The notes under the pieces: generated by a model | Seen by the model: only the letters and a program-made list of their open reading frames with translations | The model's database searches: none | Told to the model about the DNA's origin: nothing | Part shown: positions 43,166 to 60,755 of the stretch, in pieces | Position numbering within the stretch: position 1 is the stretch's first letter | Layout: the number at the start of each line of letters is the position of its first letter | Position numbers and translations under genes: made by a program | NCBI RefSeq assembly: GCF_009914755.1 | Contig: NC_060928.1 | Direction: 5' to 3' (one strand) | Source of the DNA: the human T2T-CHM13v2.0 reference genome, Homo sapiens | DNA: 64,000 nucleotides

Positions 43166-44456
43166 GTGTCAATATAAAAATCCTGTTGCAGAAAAAAATA
43201 TTTGTTGTTCTGGAAAATGTTCACAGTATTATAAATGAGAACAACCTAGTTATAAATCAGTATATATTATATTTTGCTTATGAACATTTTTATTGAAATG
43301 ATACTGTTAGCAGTAATTTTTCCTGAGTGTTGAAGAGGTAGTGATTTTATTTTATTTTGGTTAGTTGATCCTTTTCAGTTTTTCTTCATGTAACATATAA
43401 TACTTCTGAGTAAAAAAAGTTACATTGAGTGGAAGAACATTCCCAGCCAAAATATTTAGGTGGCCATATAGTTAAAGGTATATAGTACAGTTGGAAAACG
43501 TCTTGTCCATAGCATCCAAAGTCATAAATTACAATACTACCTTTTAAAATTAAATGACAGTAATCACTCTCTCAAAGGTAAATGGTGCCTTTAATAAGAA
43601 TGGTACTAATGGTATTACTATATAAGTGCACCTGGTTTTAAGTCAGTTTCCTCAAAATATGTCCCAGAAATCACCCGTGTAAAATTTACCTGGGATGATT
43701 ATTAAAAATAAAGTACTTTGAATGGAAATCTTTGGGGTTAAAGTCAGTGAATATACATTGTATAAAGTTAAGTCATTTATATAAAATTTGAGGAATCTGA
43801 TTTGTCAAGAACTAGAGTTAAAATGAGTAGTGTTTAATAATTTGTTGTATAAAAGTATCATACATTCTTTGGCTGGAACATATACATTCTTTTAAAATAT
43901 GATTCAGTTTAAGAAAAAGTATGGATTTTGAACACATTTTTGTTTAAAACAACGCACAACCATATATTCTCTATTTGGCAACATTTGAGGGGTCCACTTC
44001 CTTTTTATCCACTATAAGATGACTTTATATACAACGAGTTATGTTTTATGTCCCATGAATTATATAGATGTTTTTTTATTCAAATTCATGGTATAGAGTA
44101 CTCCAGAGACCACATGAGAAGAGCCTATGAACCCATGAGCTGCGTCTGTAATAAAGATGAACTACCTGTTTCTATTGTGGGTGCACAGACCCACTTAGCT
44201 TTGTTGATGTTCTTTCTGTAGTTTTATCCTGTGTCGAGCCTGTTCCTTCCAGACAGGAAGAAATGTGTGCTCTTGATTAAGTGCCTAGGTGAAGGATGAT
44301 TCACGCTAGTCAAACTTATTTAATTTTGAGTATATATGGGTTTTTAAAAAATTAATTGGTATGTGAAAAGGATCTTTCACATTTTGTGCGTGATACTTAG
44401 CAAGTACCTTTAGGAAAGAGTTACTTTCTTATTTTTAAGTAAAAATATTCTCTTGA

Positions 44457-44582
<126 letters not shown>

Positions 44583-45631
44583 TAAGTTTCTAACATGTAG
44601 ATGCAAAATTTTTAATTTATAGTGTCTTCTTTTTACTAATATTCTGCTTTTGCCTGTTAGTGTTTCTCACCACAGCTTTATTTATCTTAATTAGATCTTA
44701 TAGTTAACTGAAAATGTCTGTTACTGTTGATAAATATTTGTCCTAATGAAGTTACAAATAGATACCTATCTCATTTCTGCTTCAGACTTCAAAACTACCC
44801 ATATAAATATTTTATCCCTAGGGAAACTAGGGTAGTTAGAGACTTCAGAGACTGGTTGTTACTTAGGTTTGATTCCAAGCAGAGAAATGGCCATGTTGAA
44901 CTTAAGAGTTGCTCAAATTCCTTATTTTCTAAGCTATAACGTTTCTGATTATTAAAAGATTTTAAACATAATTTATAGATTAATCATTAAAATAAGGTCC
45001 TTTATTATATTAAATTCGGTAATTCCTATTTTTTTAATGGCCTATGAACTTATGTTCTAGATTGTGAAATATTAAGGACCTTGATATTTATGTCATTTGC
45101 CTTTTGATTAATTTATTACTCATTTGAGATACTCTGCAAATGGTCAGATTAATTGATTCAAATAAATTCATTTCTAATTGAAAACTTAAGTATTGACAAA
45201 AAGTTTTTAAAGATTAAATTTATATTATTTCTTTAGATATGACCTTATATAAGAGAGTTAGCTATAATGATTTTTGTACACCCAAAATTTACATCTTTAA
45301 TTAATTAGGGACCTTAGAAAAGATTTTAAGGAATAATATTGGAGCTATTTAGAAACACTAGTAGAATGTAGTCTGCTTGGATATGTGCAATTTGAAATAA
45401 ATAAAAGAAGAAAAATTGTAGATGCTTGAGACTGAGTAAAAATATGTAGTTTATTTAGTTTATTTTAAAAAATAGGTTAGCCAAACAGTAATGAGTTTTA
45501 CTTGGGAAACCATAACTAAGAGTAAAAAATATGAAGCATTTAATGTATTATATTTAGGTGCTAAAATAAAACTGCTGTGATTACCATTTTAGTTGCAATA
45601 TTTTACTCCATCATTGCATTTCATTATCTAA

Positions 45632-45799
<168 letters not shown>

Positions 45800-47717
45800 T
45801 GAGAAGAACACATCTTGAATTTAAAGGAAATGTTTTCTGAAAGAACTGTCAATGAATATGGGGTTTCACTTACTGAAATAGGGCACTGGACAAGGAGAAA
45901 GCTCTATGCAGTCTGTTGGACATCCGATCTCAGCTGCAGGGCTTCCTGATAACATTTTGACATATTGAGAGTAAGGTGATTGTTTTTTAATGTAGGTGTA
46001 TGGTTACAATCCAGACCCTCAGACATTCTGATGAAGAGCAGATTAGAAAACATTAAACACGGGACCATCTTCCCTGTGTTTTCCATAAGGATAGCATTAC
46101 CGCACTTTGGCCTGGCTTTTGAAGGCTAAAGTATTACAACCAACTGGCTTCTCAGTATTTCTACAAAGAAAGAGGGTTGCTTTTCAGCTGTGGGGTTTAT
46201 GTTTCAGGGTAAAGTTCTGGCTTTTCCATTCAGGAGAAGCTTCATTTTCTGATGGTCAGCACTGCCAACCTTGAAGAGAATATATGAGCAAATACAATTT
46301 GAAAATCAATAGTATTACACTTATTTTTTTCTAAAAGAGATGTACAAATAGTAAAATCCCTTTTGGTATTAATGAATTAGATGCTCTTGGAATTTAAACT
46401 GAGTTCTTCCAGTGTTTCTTGCCTTCAAACTCATCTTTCCCATTACTGTGGAGTTCTTTCTCCAAAACCATTGATCTTGCACTGTTATGTCCTGGGTAAA
46501 ATATCCTAATACCCAATACTGCTTGCAGGTCTTCTTTCCCAGCTTGGTATGTGTGGCACATAAACTCAACCTGCCTTCCTGACGTCTCCTCCCACCTCTT
46601 CCCAGTATGCTGCCTGGGCTCTAGCATCACCTTTGAGTAATTGTTTCTCAAATACAACATATATCCACGTCATTGCAAATGTAATCTCTTTACTGGACAT
46701 CACTCCAACTCATGGCTCAAGGCCTACCTCATGTTTTACCTCTGTGACAACTTCTCAGTTACCCCAGACTAAGCCAGTCTATTTATCTTCTGTGATAACA
46801 TTTTATTTTTAGCACTAATAATGGCCATTTAAAATAATGTTATAATTAGTGGTAATGTTCTTGTGTCTTTTGGTGGAGTCTGTCCTCTTTGGGGTAGAGG
46901 TTACATTTTGCTCACTTTCTATCCCCAGTAGAGTGGCTGATTTATTATAGGCGCTGTTCAATAATTTGTTTTTAAAAAGCTTTCAGCTCCTACTTTTAAT
47001 AGCTATAAAAATACTGTCTTGTTTCTATAATCCAGATACCAAAAAATAATATTTGGCTCACATCATATAATGATTAAAAGCATATATTCTCAAGCCAAAT
47101 TGTCTGGGTTCCAATCCTGGCCAGACATTGGCCTTTAAAACTAAATCAAATTCTCATTTAGTCCTCATAGCAACCCTATAAGGTAGTACCAGAAATATCA
47201 GTATAACCCTGTATTACACATCAGGGGATACAGGCCCAGATAGGTCAGCTAGCTAGTACGTGGAGAAGCCAGGATTCAAACCCAGATGATCTGTGCTCTT
47301 AACATTAGTGAGATGTGAACTAAATGTTGGTTAAATAAAACAAGAAAGTGCATTTGATGGCGGTAGGATGGGAAGGAGGGTTCTATAAAACTCAGTTCAA
47401 TAAAGAAAAAGTCTCTATTACAGATTTATTTTCTGGTTTTAAGATTTGGTTATTAAGATAAACAATGCAGAGGTATACAGTTCTCTCTCCATATATTGAT
47501 ATGTGAGTGAATACCTCATCTTAACATTGATTTGTTATTAATTTTAATAACATAATGGGCAAATTAGTGCCTTATATATAACCACATACTTGGACCTTGT
47601 GTTTAACAAATGACTTTATACGTGCCCTTTAATTTTGCATCTTTTCTTTTTCATAAAATGTCAATTTTTTCCTACTTTAAAAGGAAATAATATCGTAGGG
47701 CTGTTGTAAGAATTAAG

Positions 47718-47719
<2 letters not shown>

Positions 47720-47764
<45 letters not shown>
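47720..47764. repeat. Perfect (TG)~22 microsatellite
   Basis: Directly visible. Confidence 0.95.
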
Positions 47765-47765
<1 letters not shown>

Positions 47766-48539
47766 CTGTGTATGTCTTCTCACAGTCCTGGAATAGTGAT
47801 AATTCTTTATAACTCCTTATACATTCAGTTATTCTCAGAGTACATGAAATATAGTGATCTTTTTGAAAGTACAGTTATAGTCATTGTATCTTACAGGCAT
47901 TTTATTTATACAATCAATCTAAAAAGTTGGTATCTAAGAATGTAATATAGAATTAAAGTTTAGGTACAGAAGGACCAGAAACATTTGCTAAATCAAATAA
48001 AAACTAAAATAAATCAGTTAAAAAATTTTGAAGTTATATTTTTAGGTCCTTACATGTTATAATAGCTTACTTTCTGTCTTTGGGATAAGTTGTTCCTATT
48101 CTATCAAGTATCGCCAATTCTGTCAAAACTTATAATTAAATTATAAAATGTATTATCGTTAGAAAAAAAAGCAGATGCAAAACTGCTTATGTTAGGAAAT
48201 TCTCCATAGACTTACATGAGCAATGCTTTGTAAGATCTGTAAATTAAATATTTTTCTTTAATAAATGTGGGAAGTTTCCTCTCAAATGAGTGATTTCCCT
48301 GTGTATGAATTTGGCTCCCAACTGGTGCCCATGTTGCTCCTGTTTCCTTGTTTGGAAATGGAGTACAGTGGACTCAACATGATGTCTCATGGCGCACAGG
48401 GCTCCTAAAGAGAGGACGGCTGCATTACACATAAACTTGCTTGCTTATTTCCATCAAGCTTCAGTGGCTTCATGGTACATCAGCAGTTCTTTTTTAATAA
48501 ATTACGAAATTTATAATCTTCATTATAAATAATATATAA

Positions 48540-48879
<340 letters not shown>

Positions 48880-50449
48880 TAATCCCTAGAATTTTATGTT
48901 CTATGACAAAGGTGAGCAAAGGTTGCTGACGATAAGATGAGATCATTCTGGATTATCTGGGGTGGCCCAATGTAATTGCATGGCTCTTAAAAGTACAAAA
49001 AGAAAAACTTTAAGTTTTTAATTGGTGTAAAGTATATCTCTACAAAGAATACGTTCCAGTTTGCTGATCAGGTGTTATAAGAGTTATACGCTAGATTCCT
49101 TATGTCCTCTAAATTATATAAATTGTAATAGATGCTTAGCCCTTTCAATCTTGGAACCATTGATATCAGAGTTCTTCAAATATTTTACTGTAAGTACAGA
49201 TGTGATGAAGATCATATATAAAGAGACATTTAAATTTAATGCCACTTAACTCATATTTTCATTCTCTTTGTCTGTACTCCACTCTTTATAATATTGTTCA
49301 GAGCTCTCTTAGAGCTTGGTAAATAATATTATCTCCAACTTGTTACTTTCTCTTATTAACTTTTCTCTCTAATATGCTGGTTTGTCTACCTGTTTTGCAT
49401 TTTTTATTGTGACAATTAACTGTCTCATTACAAAAATGTAATTTCCATTAATCTTTTCTTGCTTATTTTTTATTCAATTTTCATTTCATTTAGAGTTACT
49501 TGGCATTCTGTATCTCAGAATTCCAGTATGTAATCTGAAGAGGTTAAATCTACTTGGGTTGTTTCTGTTGACTCTCATTTATAGTGACTGTTTCTTTGTT
49601 CTAAAGAATTCATTCTCTATAATCTTCTCTCATTCTCTTTCTTTCTTCTCTCCCTCCATTTTTTTTTGTTCTCCTTTTTCCTCCCCATTCTTGGATATTT
49701 CCTTTATTTCCCTGTGAGCCCAGGAGTGCATTACAGTTTATTTATGTTATACCCATGATCAAGTTGTATGGTGGCAAGAGTTCCTTCAAAGTACTATTAT
49801 CCCGCCATAGTCACGGCATGAAAAGTATTCTGCAAATGGTTTCCTCAAGAGAGAGCATTTGTAATGAGGAGCCTTGGCATGCTACCAACCCATAGCAAAT
49901 TTAGTACCATTCGATGCTCTCTGCTTAATGCTGAAGCCCTAGGTTCAGTTCCTCTGGTTTTAAAGGAGTCAGAGTTTAAACTCTGGATTCCAGTTCTGGT
50001 ATTGTTCTTTGCCCAGACGGCAGCTTGGTTTATCGTTCCCTGGTCTGGTCTCAACTCCTTCCTTCCCTCCCTCCTTCCTCCCTCCCTCCCTTTTTTCTTC
50101 CTCCCTGCATATAGATTTCCTTTATTTCTGTATGTGCCTAACAATGCATTACAATTTTGTTTTGTTATATTTATACATGATTAGGTGTATGGTGACGAGT
50201 CTCTTCAGAGTATGTAGTAGTCCATTATAACGGGGAAGTGCAAGTATTCTACTCTGCTGATTACTATGAGCCTACTCAGGTTTTTTCTCTGAGAAAATAA
50301 TAATACTAAAATAAAGTATTTCATAATTTGGAAGCAGTGTTTTGAACATTCAGAATCCACACTCAATCTCAAATATGTTTAAAAGAGTGTAACATAAATT
50401 AATAAATAAATACAAATAAGTTGTCTATATAGAGAAAAATACTAGCTAA

Positions 50450-50749
<300 letters not shown>

Positions 50750-51389
50750 TAAAAGTCTGCATAGCTATGTTCAGGGTTTCCTAGCTTTCCTCTGTCTTTC
50801 TGTTAACATCTGCATGTTAACTCATCTGTCTAGACCCGTTGCGAAATGTATTGAAGTTTTCTTCTTGGCATGGGCCCAAGAACATCATAAGTTTCTAATG
50901 GGAGACCTCACAGGAGGAATGACTAAGGCACTTCTGTGAGTAAGTGGTAGGCTGGAAATGGAATACTCTCAAATATTTTTTCTTCAGAAACAGGAAATGC
51001 GAGTGTAAAACCAGAATTTCTTAGGGTTTCTTAGGAATTTGAAGGAACTTATTTTTGTTTAAATGTTGAGAAAAGTTGTAGGAATCTTATCTGCAGGGTT
51101 TATTTATATCAATAGTTTATATTGAGAATTGATTTTGTTTCGCAAGTTAGAAATGATCTGTCTGGATCGTTCAAGTAGAAGGAGAGTAAGCTAATCAGTG
51201 GGGTATATTCCTTAATTCAAGAATTCAAGACCCTGTTTTGCAATGTCTTATGTGTAACCATAATACCATAAAGTAGTTTATATACCATAGTAGTTTGTAA
51301 TACCATAAAGTAGTTTAAACATCAACTACTGATTAGGAAGGGACCATATTTTCAGATGTAAACTCTTAATCTTTCTCTACTCCTACAGG

Positions 51390-51398
51390 TTTTTTTCT

Positions 51399-51430
<32 letters not shown>

Positions 51431-51716
51431 TTTTTGAGATAAAGTCTCGCTCTGTCACCCAGGCTGGAGTGCAATGGTGTGATCTCCGCTCACGGTAATC
51501 TCTGCTTCCCAGGTTAAAGCAATTCTCCTGCTTAGCTTCCCGAGTAGTTGGGATCACAGGCACATGCCACCATGCCCAGCTAATTTTTGTATTTTTAGTA
51601 GAGATGGGGTTTCACCATGTTGACCAGAGTGGTCTTGAACTCCTGACCTCAAGTGATCCACCTGCCATGGCCTCCCGATGTGCTTGGATTACAGGTGTGA
51701 GCCACTGTGCCTAGCC
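51390..51716 (-). mobile_element. AluS in the short intron between the two kinase exons
   Basis: Long T tract plus antisense Alu dimer. Confidence 0.92.
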
Positions 51717-51876
51717 TTACTTGTACAATTTTGATTGCTTCTTATTGGTATTAGTCATTTAATACCATCATAGGCATAGTCAGGAAATTGAATGAAATGC
51801 TAAACAAAAATTATCTATGACAAAGAATGATGTTTGAGAATATGAATTATTCCTGATACTATTTGGAAAACACTAA

Positions 51877-52212
<336 letters not shown>

Positions 52213-54258
52213 TGAACAAATACATGTTTTATGACTCTTTTCTGTTACTTTTTATTTTGTAGCGCAGTGCTTCTAGGATATTTAGTAGAAGAGGAATATC
52301 ATTAATTTTGACATTTGACGGGGAGAACCACCAAACATTTTATTAGCAACACAGCATATTTGGGTCTGTTCTATTGTTTCTATGCTCATCAGAGACATTG
52401 CTTAGAGACTGTTCACATTAGGTTTGCAGCTGTCATTAAGTTATATAGAAAAGAAGTAGCTAATTCCTGGGAATACGTAGTCAGAATTCTGCATAACATT
52501 TGCAAGTAGGAAAAAGTTTTGGGGAAAATTTACAGATTATATATGGATAAAGACAATTTTTATATGGTATAGGAAAGATAACTTGCATAGATGTTTTGGG
52601 AGAAATGTTAGAAACTAATAAACAAAACCCAGCTGTTATTCAGTACTGTTATCCTGTACCTGAAACAGTGAATTTAACATCTGTGCACATAAACCAGAGC
52701 ATGTTGTAAAACAGTGGTTTTCAGACCCTTAGGGCTGCTTGGGTTACATCAGTAGCTTCTTCACAGTAGGGAGGGGAGATGATAGTTGGGACTCTATTTT
52801 GCTTACTCTTACTTTAATCAGAGAGGCTCCTTCCGTCTCACAGATGATTTAATTCGAATAAATGGTTTCTCTGTTTGGAAAACAAAACAAAATGAGCTTG
52901 CAAACCACTGGTGTAGAGAAATCATCGTATAACTACCTTTTAAAGAACTCAGTTTAGGCTTAGCCATTAATAAATGTTGGATCATCTTGTGGATTTTTCT
53001 AAGTAAGACTCTGTAATACATGGAGAGGAGCACAAAGAAAAAGTCATGGAGATTATTAAAAGTTTGGAAAGTAAAATTCACAAAAAAAGACTGATTGATT
53101 GGTATTTTCGGCCAGAACTGAAGGCTGAGGTGTGATTTAATAACATACCCCAAATATATGAAGGTCTTCACCATGTAAAGGATGGGAAATTGAAGTTCTT
53201 GATCTTTAAAAACAAAGCAAGAGGAAATGATTTGGGCTATAGATTTAAGTTAGAAATATGAACCTCCTGCCAATAAAGATTATTAAATCCTTTCTCCCTT
53301 CTGATTTTTTTTTCCTCTGACCTACAACCCTTTTCAAGTCTTCCTATAAAAAAAAAAAATCCCACAATGCTTCTTAAATTACCAGCCTCTCTCTCCTTCT
53401 CTCACCCTGTTAAATTTCTCCCAAGAGTTCCAAAAGATCATCTGCTTCGAAAACCCAGCAATTTGTTAATAGTCTTGTAATTTGGCTTCTGTTCCATTCT
53501 CTTTGGACACTGCTGTATTCAGAGACACCACTGGGCTTGGTCACCAGAGGCCTTCTCTATTGCCATCACCCTATCCACAGTGTCCAAACCTTTCTTTCTC
53601 CTGTTTTCTTGGTGTATCTCTGTACTCCAACTTCTCCTTTCTCTCTCTCCACTGGCTCTGCTCTCTTTTTACCTCTTACATATTTTCCGACTGCTAGATT
53701 TCCTGCTGTATCTGCATTTCCTTCCTAGTTCCCAGTTTTGGCTGATCCATTCTTAATATTAGGTATCTGACATCATCTTTCGTTCCCTAACTTTTGGTTT
53801 GCTCAAGTGAATGAATTTTCTTTCCACAATATTCCCATTTGTACTGGGCCAGTGTGGGCCTTCTATACCATTTTTCTAGATTCTGGGGTGAAGCATTTTG
53901 AGTTACTTTCTCTTTGTCTCTCCTATTTCCAGTCTTCTGTACATGCTGCCACTGAATTTATTTTCTTGAAGCCTAATTTTGGGCATCAAAATAATTTCAT
54001 AGTTTCCTGTGGCTTCGTATTAAAATGTAGTTAGAGTCCCTTGGTGCAGTGGACTCTTTTCTTTTCTGACCCTGGGCTATTCTTCTGCCCTATTTCCACC
54101 ACACTTCTTACCTTTGGCAAGATTTATTCTGAAGACTTCACACTTCTCATACCATCAAGTGTTTATAACATGCTTTTATCATTACCCGAACACCCATATC
54201 CCCTTCTGTATCTAGATCACAACTACTGATCTTCACAGTTTCTTCCTTTGAGACACCT

Positions 54259-54556
54259 TTTTTTATTTTTATTTTTTAGACAAAGAGTGGCTCTGTCACC
54301 CAGACTGGAGTGCAGTGGCACCATCACAACTCACTGCAGCCTTGACCTTCGAGGCCCAAGCAGTCCTCCCACCTCAGCCTCCTGAGTAATTGGAACTTCA
54401 GGCATGTGCCACCATGCCTGGCTAATTTTTTTTTTTTTTAATAGATGGGATCTCACTATGTTGCCAGGCTGGCCTCAAACTCCTGGACTCAAGTGATCTT
54501 CCTGCATCAGCCTCCCAAAACACTGGGATTATAGGCGTGAGCCACCATGCCTGGCC
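54259..54556 (-). mobile_element. AluJ immediately adjacent to the L1 3' end
   Basis: Antisense dimer ending ccatgcctggcc. Confidence 0.9.
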
Positions 54557-54777
54557 CACCTGCTGTTTTTTTTTTTCATTATACTTTTAAGTTCTAGGGT
54601 ACACGTGCACAACGTGCAGGTTTGTTACATATGTATACGTGTGCCATGTTGGTGTGATGCACCCATTAACTTGTCATTTACATTAGGTGTATCTACTAAT
54701 GCTATCCCTCCCCCCTCCACCCCACGACAGGCCTGGTGTGTGATGTTCCCCACCCTGTGTCCAAGTGTTCTCATTGT

Positions 54778-58635
<3,858 letters not shown>

Positions 58636-58698
58636 TATGATGTTAGCTGCATATTTTGCTCGTTAGTTGATGCAGTTTCTTCCTAGCATCGATGGTCT

Positions 58699-59723
58699 TT
58701 ACAATTTGGCATGTTTTTGCAGTGGCTGCTACCGGTTGTTCCTTTCTATGTTTAGTGCTTCCTTCAGGAGCTCTTGTAAGGCAGGCCTGATGGTGACAAA
58801 ATCTCTCAGCATTTGCTTGTCTGTAAAGTATTTTATTTCTCTTTCACTTATGAAGCTTAGTTTGGCTGGATGTGAAATTCTGGGCTGAACATTCTTTTCT
58901 TTAAGAATGTTGAATATTGGCCCCCACTCTCTTCTGGCTTGTGGAGTTTCTGCTGAGAGATCAGCTGTTAGTCTGATGGGCTTCCCTTTGTGGCTAACCC
59001 GACCTTTCTCTCTGACTGCCCTTAACATTTTTTCCTTCATTTCAATTTTGGTGAATTTCACAATTCTGTGTCTTGGAGTTGCTCTTCTTGAGGAGTATCT
59101 TTGTGGTGTTTTCTGTATTTCCTGAATTTGAATGTTGGCTTGCCTTGCTAGGTTGGGGAAGTTCTCCTGGATAATATCCTGAAGAGTGTCTTCCAACTTG
59201 GTTCCATTCTCCCCATCACTTTCAGGTACACCAATCAGACGTAGATTTGGTCTTCTCACATAGTCCCATATTTCTTGGAGGGTTTGTTCATTACTTTTTA
59301 CTCTTTTTTCTCTACACTTCTCTTCTCACTTCATTTCATTCATTTGATCTTCCATCACTGATACCCTTTCTTTCACTTGATCGAATCGACTACTGAAGCT
59401 TGTGCATGCATCACGTAGTTCTTGTGCCATGGTTTTCAGCTCCATCAAGTCATTTAAGATCTTCTCCATGCTGTTTATTCTAGTTAGCCATTCGTCTAAT
59501 CTTTTTTCAAGGTTTTTAGCTTCTTTGCAATGAGTTTGGCCATCCTCCTTTAGCTCGGAGAAGTTTGTTAATGCCGATTGTCTGAAGCCTTCTTCTCTCA
59601 ACTCGTCAAAGTCATTCTCCGTGCAGCTTTGTTCCATTGCTGGTGAGGAGCTCCCTTCCTTTGGAGGAGAAGAGGTGCTCGATTTTTAGAATTTTCAGCT
59701 TTCTTGCTCTGGTTTCTCCCCAT
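58699..59723 (-). pseudogene. L1 ORF1 (coiled coil, RRM, CTD), disrupted
   Basis: Fragments ENDFDELREEGFR and RPNLRLIGVPESDGENGTKLE...ARREWGPIF in separate ORFs; ATG at 59723. Confidence 0.93.
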
Positions 59724-60755
59724 CTTTGTGGTTTTATCTGCCTTTGGTCTTTGATGATGGTGATGTACAGATGGGGTTTTGGTGTGGATGTCCTTTCTGT
59801 TTGTTAGTTTTCCTTCTAACAGTCAGGACCCTCAGCTGCAGGTCTGTTGGAGTTTGCTGGAGGTCCACTCCAGACCCTGTTTGCCTGGGTATCACCAGCG
59901 GAGGCTGCAGAACAGCAAATATTGCAGAACGGCAAATGTTGCTGCCTGATCCTTCATCTGGAAGCTTCGTCTCAGAGGGGCACCTGGCTGTATGAGGTGT
60001 CAGTCGGCCCCTACTGGGAGGTGCCTCCCAGTTAGGCTACTCAGGAGTCAGGGACCCACTGGAGGAGGCAGTCTGTCCGTTCTCAGATCTCAAACTCCAT
60101 GCTGGGAGAACCACTACTCTTTTCAAAGCTGTCAGACAGGGATGTTTAAGTCTGCAGAAGTTTCTGCTGCCTTTTGTTCAGCTGTACTCTGCCCCCAGAG
60201 GTGGAGTCTACAGAGGCAGGCAGGCGTCCTTGAGCTGCAGTGGGCTCCACCCAGTTTGAGCTTCCTGGCTGCTTTGTTTACCTACTCAAGCTCAGCAGTG
60301 GCGGACGCCCCTCCCTCAGCCTCGCTGCCGCCTTGCAGTTCAATCTCAGACTGCTGTGCTAGCAATGAGCGAGGCTCCATGGGCGTGGGACCCTCCGAGC
60401 CGGGCGTGGGACCCTCGGAGCCATGCGCGGGATATAATCTCCTGGTGTGCCGTTTGCTAAGACTGTTGGAAAAGTGCAGTATTAGGGTGGGAGTGTTCCA
60501 ATTTTCCAGGTACCGTGTGTCATGGCTTCCCTTGGCTAGGAAAGGGAATTCCCTGACCCCTTGCGCTTGCCGGGTGAGGCGATATGCCCCACCCTGCTTT
60601 GGCTCACACTGTGTGGGCTGCACCCACTGTCCGACAGGCCCCAGTGAGATGAGCCCAGTACCTAAGTTGGAAATGCAGAAATCACTCATCTTCTGCGTCG
60701 CTCATGGTGGGAGCTATAGACTGGAGCTGTTCCTATTCGGCCATCTTGTAACTTC
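59724..60755. promoter_or_regulatory. L1 5'UTR bidirectional promoter (sense promoter on - strand; antisense promoter/ORF0 on + strand)
   Basis: Most GC/CpG-rich stretch of the window; intact YY1 site cggccatcttg (60738-60748); ORF0-homologous peptide ADAPPSASLPPCSSISDCCASNER. Confidence 0.75.
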
